A DNA stretch of 64,000 nucleotides from Macrostomum lignano (Eukaryota), in contig NIVC01000138.1 of assembly GCA_002269645.1 (NCBI GenBank), positions 1-64,000 of the forward strand. The letters are read 5' to 3'. Position 1 is the stretch's first letter. The number at the start of each line of letters is the position of its first letter. This document shows positions 47,901 to 62,769 of the stretch, piece by piece. A model generated the notes under the pieces. It was not told the DNA's origin. It was given only the letters and a program-made list of their open reading frames with translations, and did not search any database. The translations under genes were made by a program, and so were the position numbers.

Positions 47901-50900
47901 GGTGGGTGAGGGCTGGTGGGTGAGAGCTGGTGGGTAAGGGCTGGTTGGTGAGAGCTGGTTGGTGAGGGCTGGTGGGTGAGAGCTGGTTGGTGAGAGCTGG
48001 TTGGTGAAGGCTGGTGGGTGAGGGCTGGTGGGTGAGGGCTGGTGGGTGAGGGCTGGTGAGTGAGGGCTGTACAGCATGGCCTACCGTAGCCTGATAAATA
48101 ATGAGGGTGCCATTTCTGAAATTGACAATTCGCGATGATTCAACCAGCTGTTGGCCGTTCTTAATCCAGAGGATTCTCGAGTACTGCCCCTTGACTAGGC
48201 AGGTCAGGGTGAGAGTTGAGTGCTCAGTGACGGGACCGTCTGACTGCAGGATGCTGAGCACCTCCGGAGCGGCTGCAGTTGGAAACATGATAGAATCAGT
48301 TTGAAATTGGATGAAAATACAATGAAATTCAATACAGATGTTTTCAATTAATTTTGGCTGACGCAACGAAGTACATTGTATAATGGCAGTGAAGCAACAT
48401 AAATAGGGTGGTGAAACAGTCTGGTAATAAAAACTGCCTATAAAATCAAAAAGCCTTAGAAACAGCCTAGAAACAGCCTAGAAACAGCCTAGAAACAGTC
48501 TTAGAACCAGCCCTAGAAACGGCCTAGAAACAGCCTTAGAAACAGCCTTAGAAACAGCCTTATAAACAGCCCTAGAAACAGCCTAGAAACAGCCTTAGAA
48601 ATAGCCTAGTAACATCCTAGAAACAGCCTAGAAACAGCCTTAGAAAAAGCCCTAGAAACAGCCCTAGAAACAGCCCTAGAAACAGCCCTAGAAACAGCCC
48701 TAGAAACAGCCTTAGAAACAGCCTAGAAACAGCCCTAGAAACAGCCTTTGAAATAGCCTAGTAACATCCTAGAAACAGCCTTAGAAATAGCCTAGTAACA
48801 TCCTAGAAACAGCCTTAGAAATAGCCTAGTAACATCCTAGAAACAGCCCTAGAAACAGCCCTAGCAACATCCTAGAAGCAGCCTTAGAACACAGCCTCAC
48901 AAGGCAAACAGGCTATAGCACAATTCACTCACGCATGACTCGCACGTTGGCCACAATCTTCCGTTTCACTCCATTGTCGTTGGCGGCCTCGCATTCGTAC
49001 AGGCCGGCATCGGAGTGGCCCAGATGGTACTCCAGATACGTGCTGGTGCCATCGATGCTGTTCTCAGTGCGTTTCCGTGTGCCATTGTGATACCAGACCA
49101 CTCGCGGGGTTGGCTTGCCAGTAGTCCGACAGCTCAACTGCATCCAGGTGTTGGCGTAGAAATTGTAGAACGGAGCGGACGCCTGGCTGACCTCGGGCCC
49201 GCTGACTTCAACCTCGGTGATGTTCGGCGGTATGAAGGTGCGAACGTAGACGTCAGCCGTGTGCTTGCCAGCCTTGCTCTCCGCCTGGCACACGTATTTG
49301 CCTTCGTCATCCTGACGGACGCCGACAATTTTCAAATTGCTGCCGCCCAGCAGGACGAATCGAGGCGACGAGCGGACCAGATCAACGCCGTCACGACGCC
49401 AGGATACGTTCGGCTGCGGCGTGCCGCTCACCTCGCAGGTGAGCACCTCATCTTTGGGTGAGCCAGGTACCAGGACTATGGTGACCAGCCGGTTCGGCAC
49501 CGAGGCTGTTGGTCTCTCTGTTAGGGTATTGTATTCATTGATTGTATAGGTTCCGAACTTTACATTCCCCAAACTTCACATTCCCCAAACTTCAAATTCC
49601 CCAAACTTCAAATTCCCCAAACTTCACATTCCCCAAACTTCACATTCCCCAAACTTCAAATTCCCCAAACTTCACATTCCCCAAACTTCCCATTACCCAA
49701 ACTTCACATTCCCCAAACTTCACATTCCCCAAACTTCAAATTCCCCAAACTTCAAATTCCCCAAACTTCACATTCCCCAAACTTCACATTCCCCAAACTT
49801 CACATTCCCCAAACTTCAAATTCCCCAAACTTCACATTCCCCAAACTTCCCATTACCCAAACTTCACATTCAAGATTTCTTATCTCTCTAATACTTTTTT
49901 CAGCTACAGACGCCTCTAACGGTGCTTTGCTCGCACCATTTGCGAGTGCCGCATCCTTCTGCATCAACTGTCCATGCTGCAAGCTTCTAATCAATAGGCA
50001 ATAAAAACCCCAGCCAAGCTGAGCTCACCCAGAATCTCCAGCATGCGGAGCTGCGTGTCGGAACCGGCGTCGTTCTTGGCGACGCAGAGGAAAGTCCCGG
50101 AGTCGGTTGTTCTGAATTTGGCGTTTGGTAGGTAAAAATATTATTAAGTGATATGCTAAACGAGAAATATTGACCCATGAAACAAAATTATCTGAATCAT
50201 TACGTCACACCCGAGTTCTAACACCAGATTCATTATTCTCACACCCCTACACCCCTACACCAGATTCCCCACACCAGATTCCCCACACTAGATTCCCCAC
50301 ACCAGATTCCCCACACCAGATTCCCCACACCAGATTCCACACACCAGATTCCCCACACCAGATTCCCCACACCAGATTCCCCACACCAGATTCCACACAC
50401 CAGATTCCCCACACCAGATTCCACACACCAGATTCCCCACACCAGATCCCCCACACCATATTCCCCACACCAGATTCCCCACACCAGATTCCACACACCA
50501 GATTCCCCACACCAGATTCCCCACACCAGATTCCCCAAACCAGATTCCCCACGACAGATTCCCCACACCAGATTCCCCACACCAGATTCCCCACACCAGA
50601 TTCCCCACACCAGATTCCCCACACCAGATTCCCCACGACAGATTCCCCACACCAGATTCCCCACACCAGATTCCCCACACCAGATTCCCCACACCAGATT
50701 CCCCACACCAGATTCCCCACACCAGATTCCCCACACCAGATTCCCCACACCAGATTCCCCACACCAGATTCCCCACACCAGATTCCCCACACCAGATTCC
50801 CCACACCAGATTCCCCACACCAGATTCCCCACACCAGATTCCCCACACCAGATTCCCCACACCAGATTCCCCACACCAGATTTCCCACAGATTCTCCAGG

Positions 50901-53900
50901 TTCCCACCTGACGTAGGGTATGTGCAGGTTGCCCGAGTCCAGAGTCCGATAATACGGATCATTTCTAGGAATCTCGGCGCCATTCTTCTGCCAGGTGATC
51001 AGCGGCACCGGATCTCCGGTGGCCTGGCATTCCAGCGTTACGTCCTGATTAGCGAATGCCTGCTTGACAACGCTGGGCACTTCTCGGATCTTGGGCTCAA
51101 CTGAAATTCGAATTATTCAGTAAGGATTTGGATCGTTAATCGTTAATCACCGAGCTTCTCTGCCCCCTGATAAACCAGATGGCATAGCGAAAAACCTCAC
51201 CCATAATCTTGAGCTGAAACTGGGCAAAGGCCACTCCAGCAGGATTTGTGGCCTCGCAGGTGTACAGGCCGGCGTGAGACGCCTCCAAGTTGGTGATTAG
51301 CAGACGCTGCCTCTCCAAGTTGAATCGGTAATCTGAGGCGGAAAAGCAATTATTTACGAGAATTTCTTACTGCGCGATACTTTTAGTTCATAGAGATTTA
51401 ATGAAAGCGGGGAAGCAGAAGCAGGCAAGCGACATCCGGCTAGCAACACATCCGGCTAGCAACACATCCGGCTAGCAACACATCCGGCTAGCAACACATC
51501 CGGCTAGCAACACATCCGGCTAGCAACACATCCGGCTAGCAACACATCCGGCTAGCAACACATCCGGCTAGCAACACATCCGGCTAGCAACACATCCGGC
51601 TAGCAACACATCCGGCTAGCAACACATCCGGCTAGCAACACATCCGGCTAGCAACACATCCGGCTAGCAACACATCCGGCTAGCAACACATCCGGCTAGC
51701 AACACATCCGGCTAGCAACACATCCGGCTAGCAACACATCCGGCTAGCAACACATCCGGCTAGCAACACATCCGGCTAGCAACACATCCGGCTAGCAACA
51801 CATCCGGCTAGCAACACATCCGGCTAGCAACACATCCGGCTAGCAACACATCCGGCTAGCAACACATCCGGCTAGCAACACATCCGGCTAGCAACACATC
51901 CGATTAGCAAACGTTGGTCTCCCAGTGAAAAGTGCATTTGGAGTCTCACTGGCGCTCTCCTCGATCGGCATGGTGCCCTTCTTCCACACTATGGTTGGTC
52001 TCGGATCGCCTGTCACTGAGCAGTCCAGCTCGATTTGATAATTTAATTTTGCCTGAACAATCTGGTAGGGCCGGGCGTTGATCCTCGGCTTGACTAAAAT
52101 TCGATTGATGAAGGACGGATTGCGAGGTGAGGAAGCTGATTTATCAATTTAATGAATCGCGACGGTGAGGGAAGTCAAGTTGGAGGACCGGGAAGGTGAG
52201 GAAGTCGAGTTGAAGGACCGGGAAGGTGTGAGAGTCGGGTTCAAGGATCGGGAAGGTGAGGAAGTCGAGTTGAAGGACCGGGAAGGTGTGAGAGTCGAGT
52301 TAAAGGACCGGGAAGGTGTGAGAGTCGAGTTGAAGGATCGGGAAGGTGTGAGAGTCGAGTTGAAGGACCGGGAAGGTGTGAGAGTCGAGTTGAAGGACCG
52401 GGAAGGTGTGAGAGTCGAGTTGAAGGATCGGGAAGGTGTGAGAGTCGAGTTGAAGGATCGGGAAGGTGTGAGAGTCGAGTTGAAGGATCGGGAAGGTGTG
52501 AGAGTCGAGTTGAAGGATCGGGAAGGTGAGAGAGTCGAGTTGAAGGACCGGGAAGGTGAGAGAGTCGAGTTGAAGGATCGGGAAGGTGTGAGAGTCGAGT
52601 TGAAGGATCGGGAAGGTGAGAGAGTCGAGTTGAAGGATCGGGAAGGTGAGAGAGTCGAGTTGAAGGACCGGGAAGGTGAGGAAGTCGAGTTGAAGGACCG
52701 GGAAGGTGTGACAGTCGAGTTGAAGGTGCACCACTAAGCAAGACTCCGCACTCACTCTGCACAACCACCTCGATCCGGATCATGTCCGAGCCAATGTTAT
52801 TTCTAACTTCGCAGGTGTAAACTCCAGCGTCCGAATCGTTCGCCCGGCTAATGATAAGCGTCTCCGGACGCACCTGGACTCGACCGTCCGATGCCACCTG
52901 ACGGCCGTCCTTTTTCCACACGGTGATGGGCGTCGGGGAGGCTTTGAAATCGCACCGGAGCCGGATGTCCTCGCCTTCGACGATTCGAACGAGTTCCAGT
53001 CCGCGACGAATTGATGGTCGCATCACCACCTGGTGGATTTTTTGGGAACATTCTTAACATTCTTATACCCGAAGCTACAGTGGCAGCTATAGTTACTATT
53101 AGTTGCAATTACTGTTACCTGTAGATCGTAGGTCTTTGTCACTTCGCCGGCCATGTTCGAAGCCTCGCAACTAAACGTGGACGCGTCGTCAAGTGAGACT
53201 TGGCGAATTCTGAGGCGTCGACCGTTCTCAAGGAACTGGTAGCGGGGATCGTCGACGCTGAGCCGGATGCCATTCTTAATCCAGGTGATTCGCGGCTCCG
53301 GGTTGCCCTGTTGGAGTTGTTGGGTTTTTTGGTTGGGGTTGACTGGAGTGGGGGGTTGACTGGAGTGGGGGTTGACTGGAGTGGGGGTTGACTGGAGTGG
53401 GTGGTTGAATGGAGTGGGGATTGACTGGAGTGGGTGGTTGAATGGAGTGGGGGTGGACTGGAGTGGGTGGTTGAATGGAGTGGGGGTTGACTGGAGTGGG
53501 TGGTTGAATGGAGTGGGGGTTGACTGGAGTGGGTGGTTGACTGGAGTGGGTGGTTGACTGGAGTGGGGGGTTGAATGGAGTGGGGGTTGACTGGAGTGGG
53601 TGGTTGAATGGAGTGGGTGGTTGAATGGAGTGGGGGTTGAATGGAGTGGGGGTTGACTGGAGTGGGGGTTGACTGGAGTGGGGGTTGACTGGGGTGGGGG
53701 TTGACTAAAGTGGGGTTGACTGGAGTGGGTTTGACTGGAGTGGGGGGTTGACTGGAGTGGGTTTGACTAAAATGGGGTTAACCGGAGTGGGGGGTTGACT
53801 GGAGTGGGAGGTTGACTGGAGTGGGGGGTTGACTGGAGTGGGGTTGACTAAAGTGGGGTTGACTGGAGTGGGGGGTTGAGTGGAGTGGGAGGTTGACTGG

Positions 53901-56900
53901 AGTGGGGGGTTGACTGGAGTGGGGTTGACTAAAGTGGGGTTGACTGGAGTGGGGGGTTGACTGGAGTGGGAGGTTGACTGGAGTGGGGGTTGACTGGGGT
54001 AGGGTTGACTGAAGTGGTTGTTATAAGCAATGTAATTAGCCACTCACCTGAGCCGGGCAGTCCAGCTCCGCTGCATCGTTTAGCCGGTGCGACTTAGTCT
54101 CCGGACCGGCGATGAAGTCACGCGGAAATTTTGGCGCCACCTGCACTATCACCTGGTAGGTCTTGGAGACAGACCCGGCCTCATTGATAAGCTGGCACTG
54201 GAATGCGCCACTCTCGTCTCTGGTGGGCGAGATAATCATCAGGGTCTGATCCGAGTCCGTCAGACGGTAGATCTCGCTGGTAGAAGGGATGGGTTGATCA
54301 TCCTTGAACCAGATCACGTTCGCTCTGCAATAGTAATTAGTGCGCATTTAGTTCAGATGAAATTCCGATAACACAATAGGTAAAGGTATGTTGTAAACAG
54401 TTACCAAGAGGCACTATGCCATGCATGTAACTCAAGTCACCCTCAGCATTATTGGACTCCCTGGAGATATGTCCGAACACACTTTAATCCTTTAGACATC
54501 TCAGGACACCCCCAAAACTCTTTACACACACCAAGACACCCATTAGCTCCTTGGACACTTTAGGTCACTCCTGAACCCATTGGACATCTCAGAACACCCC
54601 TGAAGCCCTTACACCCGTCATGACACTCCCAAACCCCTAGACACTTCACGACACTTCTGGATCCCTTAGACACCTCAGGACACCCCTGAACCTCTTAGAC
54701 CCCATCAGGACACCTCTGAACCTCTTAGACCCTTCAGGACACTCCTGAGCCCATTAGACACATCAGGATCCTCCTGAACCCATTAGACACATTAGGACAC
54801 TCTTTAACCCCGTATAACCCTCAGGGCCCTCTTTAACCCTTACACCCCTCATAATACTCCCAAATCCCCTGCACACCTCACGACACTTCTAGATCCATTA
54901 AACACTTCAGGACACTCCTTAACCCCTTAGACACATCAGAACACCCCTGAACTCCTTCGAAACATCAGGACACCCTTGAACCCCTTAGACACATCAGAAC
55001 ACCCCTGAACTCCTTCGAAACATCAGGACATCAGAACCCCTTAGACAGCACGGGACACTCCTGAACCCATTAGACACTTCAGGACACTCCTGAACGCCTT
55101 AGACACCACGGGACACTCCTGATCTCCAAGTTACCTCTTGACACCCTTGAGCATCCTGGAACCTCTGTACAATCGAGAGCTGTTACCATGGCATCACTTC
55201 AGTTTCCATAAAAATTATGTAAAAACCTCCTCGCAACCGCACCTGGAGCTTCCATCTGGCGTACACCTGAGCCTAGTGAACTCGTGCTCTCGCACGGTGA
55301 CCCGAACCAGGCCGGAACCTTCAACCAGAGCCGGCGGCGTGATGACCACCAGTTTGAAGTAGCGCGACACCCTGGCCGCGGCATTGTGCGCGGCGCAAGT
55401 GTAATTGTCGGCGTGGCCGGACCCGATTCTGGAGAAGCTCAGCCGGCTGCCGTCAGTGGACAGCGCCGGATTGGCTGCCGGCGCCCCGGCTGCCAAGGTC
55501 GAACTGATGATTCCGCCGCTATTGCGAGTCCACAGGTAGTTGGGAGCCGGGATTCCGGTAGCGGTGCAGTCCAGCACGAGCGAGGAGTTCTCCACCACCC
55601 GGTGCAGCACGTAGGGCCCGATGGAGGCATCAACGAAAGTTGGTGGCACCATGATCATCAGGTTGAAGCTGCGACTGATTCTGCCGAATCTGTTCTCAGC
55701 TGTGCAGCTGTACTCTGCCGTGTCAGATACCTCCGAGCGTAGTATGGTCACCCGTTGGCCATTGTTCTCAATGCGGATTCTGGCGCTTTCGTTCTGTTGG
55801 TTTGTTGCGTTGGTTTGGGATGGTTCTGGTCTGGTGGGTTTTACTGAGAAGTAGGGTGCCAGCTTATCAAAGAGCTGGGAGGAGTGTGTGTGTCGGCTCG
55901 TCAAAGAGCTAGGAGGGTGTGTCGGCTTATCAGGGTGTGTGTGTCGGGAGGGTGTATTAGAAAACAGCTAAGAGGAGTAGGTCGACTCATCAAACAGCTG
56001 GAAGGAGTGTGTGTCGGCTCATCAAAGAGCTGGGAGGAGGGTGTGTCGGCTCATCAAAGAACTGGGAGGGGTGTGTGTCGGCTCATCAAAGAGCTGGGAG
56101 GAGGGTGTGTCGGCTCATCAAAGAGGTGGGAGGGATGTGTGTCGGCTCATCAAAGAGCTGGGAGGAGGGTGTGTCGGCTCATCAAAGAGGTGGGAGGGGT
56201 GTGTGTCGGCTCATCAAAGAGGTGGGAGGGGTGTGTGTCGGCTCATCAAAGAGCTGGGAGGAGGGTGTGTCGGCTCATCAAAGAGGTGGGAGGGGTGTGT
56301 GTCGGCTCATCAAAGAGCTGGGAGGAGGGTGTGTCGGCTCATCAAAGAGCTGGGAGTTTGTCGGCTAATCAAAGAGCTGGGAGTGTGTCGGCTCATCAAA
56401 GAGCTGGGAGTGTGTCGGCTCATCAAAGAGCTGGGAGTGTGTCGGCTCATCAAAGAGCTGGGAGTGTGTCGGCTCATCAAAAAGCAGATGTGCCGCTGTG
56501 CAAAGCATTAATCGCAACTCACCAGCGGCATCCGATTCCGCTTCCAGGTGATGGCGATCGGTGGGGTTCCCCTGACAGGGCACTCGACCACAGCCGGCTT
56601 GTCCACGCGGCCGCGCATGTCGTATACCAGGTTGGCTTCGTCGATGCTGGGCGCCTCCACCACGGTCAGACGCACCTCAGCAGAATCTCGGCCGGCCCCG
56701 TTGACAGCCTCGCACCTGTAGACACCCTGCGACTCCGGACCAACGCTGACAATCTCGAGCTCCTGGCCGTCGCTCCGAGTGACCAACCGGCGACTGTCCG
56801 GCGTCAGTGCGGCGCCGTCTTTGAACCAGGAGATGGTCGGCTGTGGGCTGCCGCTGGCGCTGCACCGAATGACGGCGCCACGATTGCGTAACACCTGCCG

Positions 56901-59900
56901 GGCGGTCTCGCCGAAGGCGGACCGATCAATCTGAGGCGGATCGGCGATGATCAGGCGGGTCTTGCTAGTCGCCTGTCCGATGCGGTTCGACGCACTGCAC
57001 AGGTACTCGCCAGCGTCGCCACTGCTCAGCCCACTGATGGTGAGAATCTTGCGGTCCTCCGACAGGCTGGCGCGAGGGTCAGCGCCGGGTTCCAACTCGA
57101 CGCCGTTGCGTCGCCAACTAATTTTCGCCTTCGGGTAGCCATCGACTACGTCGCAGAATAGGCTGACTCGCTCGCCGGTGCGCTTGTTGATCGTTCGTTC
57201 GGCGCTGGTGGGGTCGCGCAGCTTCGGCCCCATGAGAATGGCCACCTCCACCTGCGGCAAGTGTGCAACAGGTGCGAGAGCCTAGCTGGCGATATCTCTT
57301 CTTCCCTGTCCACTCGCCACCCCAAATCTCTATCCCCCATGTGCCCCCGCTACCCCAAACCTCTACCCCCCATGTGCACCCACCACCCCAAACCTCTACC
57401 CCCCATATGCACCCGCCACCCCAAACCTCTACCCCCATGTGCACCCGCCACCCCAAATCTCTATCCCCATGTGCCCCCACCTTCCCCAAACCTCTATCCC
57501 GAATGTTCACGTAAACGAAATCTTTATTACCCGGATTTTTTAGACAACGAACTCAAACTCACCGACTCTCTAGCGGTGCCAACCGTATTTGTTGCCTCAC
57601 AGGTGTACGTGCCCTGATCGTCTGGCTCGGCTCGATGAAGCTGCATTCTCTTGTTGCTGTCGTACAGGCTGTACCGGTTGCTCCTCAGTGGCAGCTCCCT
57701 GCCGTTCTTCAGCCAACGAATCGTGGGCCTTGGCACCCCAATAGCGCTGCAGTAGAATGTCAGGCCGTTGCCAGGGTAGTGCGAGTAGGTCTCATTTTGG
57801 CCAACGTTGGGCGTGAAGATTTCTATAACTGGCGAGTTGTGAACCACCACGTCGATAAAGATGCTGTCTGTGCCTGCTTTGTTTTTCACTACGCAACGGT
57901 AGCGACCGCTGTCACCCTGGCGGACTTGGCCGATCTTCAGCGACTTGCTCTGGGGGTGAAACAGTTGGAATTGACTATATAATAAATCGATTGAAGTTAT
58001 TGGCGTTTTACTCTGTGATTCGCTGATTGATGCGGAGCATGGGCAGGTTGTTCTCTGATTGGCTGATGGGTGAGGAGTTTGGGGCAGGTAGTTCTCTGAT
58101 TGGCTGATGGATGAGGAGTTTGGGCAGGTAGTTCTCTGATTGGCTGATGGATGAGGAGTTTGGGGCAGGTTGTTCTCTGATTGGCTGATGGATGAGGAGT
58201 TTGGGGCAGGTTGTTCTCTGATTAGCTGATGGATGAGGAGTTTGGGGAAAGTTGCACCCTGATTGGCTGATGGGTGAGGAGTTTGGGGCAGGTTGCACCC
58301 TGATTGGCTGATGGATCAATGGTTTGGGGTAGGATTAAAAGTTGCCACAACAACCCTAAAGTCATTACCCCATCGGCGTTGGTGATGATTTCGACATTGT
58401 CAAACACATCCGGGTTCACCGGTACATTGTCCTTGAGCCAGGTGACCTCCAGCCCGCCGCCTGCCGCCACGCCCTCGGACACTCGGCAGTCCAGCACCAT
58501 GCTGCTGTTGATTCGCACAATTTTCCTATTGGAATCGCCCAGCCCGTTGGCGGCTGAATCTTCGGCTTCGGCACCACAACAACCCGGATGTCGCGCGAAT
58601 TAGTGCCCAAATCGTTGCTAGCCGAACAGGTGTAAATTCCAGTGTTGGCCAAGCGGACTTCCGGTATGATCAGGCTGGCGCCCTCGTCTGTTGGGAAGGC
58701 CGCCGAGTCCGGGGGCAGCGGCCTGCCGTTGTACTTCCACTGGTAGGTTGGGCGCGGGTTGCCCGTGATGTTGCAGTGAAGCTGGCGCATCTCGGACACG
58801 AAAAACTGCATCTGCTGGGCGGCCAGATCTGACAGAGTCGGCGCCTGCGAATCGGGTTGATAAGTCTGACTGTCAGTGTCTGTCTGTGTCTGTCTGTATC
58901 TGTCTGTCTGTGTCTGTCTATCCGTCTTTGTCTGTCTGTCTGTTTTTGTTTGTCTGTGTCCATCTGTGTCCATCTGTGTCCATCTGTGTCCTCTGGAGCA
59001 TGATAACAATACTCCATACTGCTCTGCCACAAGCCTTCCTTGGCCTTCCCTCCGTTTTAGTATCTTTAAAATTCAGATAATTGCTGCTGCAAGCTACTAG
59101 ACTGATTAATCCCTCACCTGCTTCACCGTCACTCCAATAGAATGGCTGGCGATGCCTTTAAGATTCTGAGCGAAGCACTGATAATCGCCGGCGTCTGTCA
59201 GCTTGGCAGAGATTATCTCCAGCTTCTGGCCTCGGTTAGACACCGCTCCCCTCGTGACCTTGGCGCCGCCTTTGTACCACGTGATCTCCGGGTCGGGATA
59301 GCCGCTAACTGAGCACACCAGGACTAGGGTCTTGCCTTTTTCGGCAATCACCTGACTCTTCGAGGAGCGATTGCGGTCTACCTCGGGTTTGTCTGTAGTT
59401 GCGAGAGTCGAATGTGCAATTTTCTTTGCTGGCTTTCTTTTCGCATGTTCTCCAGTCTAGAATCGTTTTCCTTGTGCACCCACCTCAATCTCTTTCCCCC
59501 TTATGCACCCACCGCCCCAATCTCTTTCCCCTTTGTACGCCCACCACCTCAATCACTTTCTTCCTTGTGCACCCACCACCCCAATCTCTTTCCCTCTTTT
59601 ACACCCACCGCCCCAATCGCTTTCTTCCTTGTGCACCCACTACCCCAATCTCTTTCCCCCTTATGCACCCACCGCCCCAATCTATTTCCCCTTTGTACAC
59701 CCACCACCTCAATCGCTTTCTTCCTTGTGCACCCAACACCCTAATCTCTTTCCCTCTTTTACACCCAACTCCCCAATCGCTTTCTTCCTTGTGCACCCAC
59801 CACCTCAATCTCTTTCCCCCTTATGCACCCACCATCCCAATCTCCCCTTTCGTGCACCTCCACCCCAATCGTTTTTCCTAAAAGTCTTTCTTGCTAACCG

Positions 59901-62732
59901 CAAAATTTTATGCTTACATTGCACAGTAAGAGTGAAATTCTTAGCGCGGCCATCTTCGCCAATCAGACAGGTGTAAATTCCACTATCTTCGGAATTAACG
60001 CTAAGCAAGATTAAGCTGGTCTTGTCCGATGTTAATGTGTAGTCCTCTAAAATTTTATTGGATAATTTCTTTGTCATTTTGTATCATTATTATTTGAGAA
60101 AGAAAATCTAGCTCGTATTTATAAACAAACCTGGTCTGAGCACGGTCTCAACTGACTGGCCATTTCTCAGCCACTGGATTCGCGGCTGCGGCCAGGCCAT
60201 CTCAGTTTCGCAGGTGAAAGTCACCCGGCTGCCACGGTCGCCAGTCCGATCCGGCTTGTCTGCTCCCGAGGCCGACGCTTCTCTGGGATCTGCTCAAATT
60301 TAGGTGGCACTAGTAATATTCTAAAAGGGTTACTATGAGTACGCAGTAAAGGATTGTTGGTTCAAATGCTTAATTCGTTAACGTTGGCTTCTACTAAACT
60401 GTTCATTACTGACAAAGTATTCTAAACTAAGCTTTGCAGCTGCTTTTCTCCCCTGCCTGTCTTCATCGCCTGTCTCCCCTGCCTGTCTCCCCTGCCTGTC
60501 TCCCCTGCCTGTCTCCCCTGCCTGTCTCCCCTGCCTGTCTCCCCTGCCTGTCTCCCCTGCCTGTCTCCCCTGCCTGCCTCCCCGCCTGTCTCCTCTGCCT
60601 GTCTCCCCTGCCTGCCTCCCCGCCTGTCTCCCCTGTCTGTCTCCCCTGCCTGCCTCCCCACCTGTCTCCCCTGCCTGCCTCCCCTGCCTGTCTCCCCTGC
60701 CTGTCTCCCCTGCCTGTCTCCCCTGCCTGTCTCCTCCGCCTTCTGTCTCTACCGCCTCCCTCAGCCGCAGCCACTGACCAAACACGATGACGGTGGTGAC
60801 GTGAAATCCGGACACGCCGCCCTCATTTCTAGCCTGGCACTTCCACGGGCCATCGTGCTGAAACTTGCGCACATCCCGGATGTACAGCGACCCGTCGGCG
60901 TACTTGCTGGCCCCGAGCCGCTCCAGCTCGCTGTCCGTGGCTGGTGCTCCGCGAAACCACCAAAAGATCTGCGGCCTGGGGAAGCCCTCCTTCACCGTGC
61001 AGAGCAGGTTCATGCTGTCGCCCTGAATCACCGTCTTGCTGCCGATCAGGTTGGGCTCCAGCACCGGCCGCTTGATGGCTGTCAGGTCGAAGTTCAGCGT
61101 CACGTTGCCGCCTTTGTTGAATGCGCGGCATTGGAAGCTGGAAGTGTCTCGGGGGTGTTGAGAGGATTTTAGTTAGGGATTTACGCAGCTCAGCAGTATC
61201 CGGGGTTCGATTCCGTATGCACGGTTGCATTAATTTGGATGGGGCTTGTCGTACGGTTCACGCCTTTTATGGCCGACCCTCAAGGCACAGAGAGTGTACA
61301 TGCCTGACGATTAGACAGTCAGGGCCGCTGTGCACCACGTGTGAATGTGTAACTGCGTACGTGGTAGTTAACTTTAGTATTCATTGACACAGACACACAC
61401 ACAGGCACATAGCGTACATCTTGTGCCCAGTGTACACAGTGAACATTGGTCTAATAGTGCACATCTCTCCGGTGTACATAGTGTACATCTCTCTGGTGTA
61501 CACAGTGTACATCTCTACAGTGTACACAGTGTACATCTCTGCAGTGTACACAGTGTACATCTCTACAGTGTACATAGTGTACATCTCTCCAGTGTACACA
61601 GTGTACATATCTCCGGTGTACAAAATTTACATCTCTCCTGTGTACATAGTGTACATCTCTCCGGTGTACACAGTGTACATCTCTCCGGTGTACATAGTGT
61701 ACATCTCTCCTGTGTACATAGTGTACATCTCTCCGGTGTACACATTGTACATCTCTCCTGTGTACATAGTGTACATCTCTCTGGTGTACACAGTGTACAT
61801 CTCTACAGTGTACACAGTGTACATCTCTACAGTGTACACAGTGTAAATCTCTCCGATGTACACAGTGTACATCTCTCCTGTGTACATAGTGTACATCTCT
61901 CCGGTGTACACACTGTACATCTCTCCGGTGTACACAGTGTACATCTCTCCGGTGTACAAAGTGTACATCTCTCCTGTGTACACAGTGTATATCTCTCCGG
62001 TGTACAAAGTGTACATCTCTCCTGTGTACATACATGTAGTGTACATCTCTCCGGTGTACAAAGTGTACATCTCTCCTGTGTACATAGTGTACATAGTACA
62101 CTAATAGAAGTGAATCGCACGAAAAGCCCCAGACCGATTTCCTCAGATCGGAATCGAACTCGACAAAGCAACTCAAACTTAAGCACAAACACACACTCAC
62201 AGGCCGACATGCGTACTCTCGATGCTGTCAATCAGCAGCTCGCTCTCCCGGCTGACTCGAACTCCCAGCCTGGCCGCATCAGCGTCGCTGAGCCGTTGAC
62301 CTTTGAAGTACCACTGAATCTCCGGCTTCGGCTTGCCTGTGACGTTGCAGCCGATGCGCAGCGGCTCGCCAATCTTGGCGGTGATCTTCAACGGCGAATC
62401 CGTCCCGGTGCCGTTGGTGCTCTTCGGCGGCACCAGCACGTTGACTCGATAACTGTGCAGCTGCCTGCCGACCGAGTTCAAGCCGATGCACTCGAAGAAG
62501 CCTTCGTCGGCTTCCACTGTCGGCGTCACGTGTAGCCGGGTGGCGCCCTCGCTGAGGATGAAGCGGCCCTGACTGCGCCTGATCTCCATGACAGCCTGGC
62601 CGACCCTCAGCGGCCGGAAATACCAGCTGACAGTTGGCGTCGGGTTGCCGTTGAACTTGCAGGTCAAGTCCAGGGAGCGGCCCTTGATCACGTATTTCAC
62701 TTTCTCATAGGCCTGCTTCAGCCGCGGCGGGG
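41966..62732 (-). CDS. HMCN1: Hemicentin (fibulin-6-like), 3' portion, more than 20 exons; 5' part beyond the window
   Basis: Order along the minus strand: many I-set Ig domains (L.C...G.P.P.I.W.K...D.G.Y.C.A.N), TSP1 repeats (WS.WS.CS.SCG.G...R.R.C), nidogen G2F-like domain, cbEGF repeats (D.DEC), fibulin-type C-terminus ([16 protein letters not shown]). This architecture is diagnostic. Confidence 0.92.
44721..44795 (+). other. Degenerate tRNA-like sequence (probable tRNA-derived SINE head) in hemicentin intron
   Basis: A-box-like GTGGCTTGGGCGG, B box GGTTCGAGTCC at 44773-44783, GCCG/CGGC acceptor remnant; no proper anticodon arm. Confidence 0.5.
47700..62100. repeat. Series of distinct intronic minisatellites in hemicentin (approx. 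47710-48060, 48455-48890, 49555-49865, 50245-50890, 51430-51905, 52165-52725, 53330-54005, 54450-55130, 55880-56480, 57300-57500, 58020-58320, 59470-59850, 60445-60740, 61440-62095)
   Basis: Each has its own 9-30 bp unit; directly visible. Confidence 0.9.
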
Positions 62733-62769
62733 CTGGGCGGTGAGTGGAGAGGGGTGGGTGAGTGGGTCA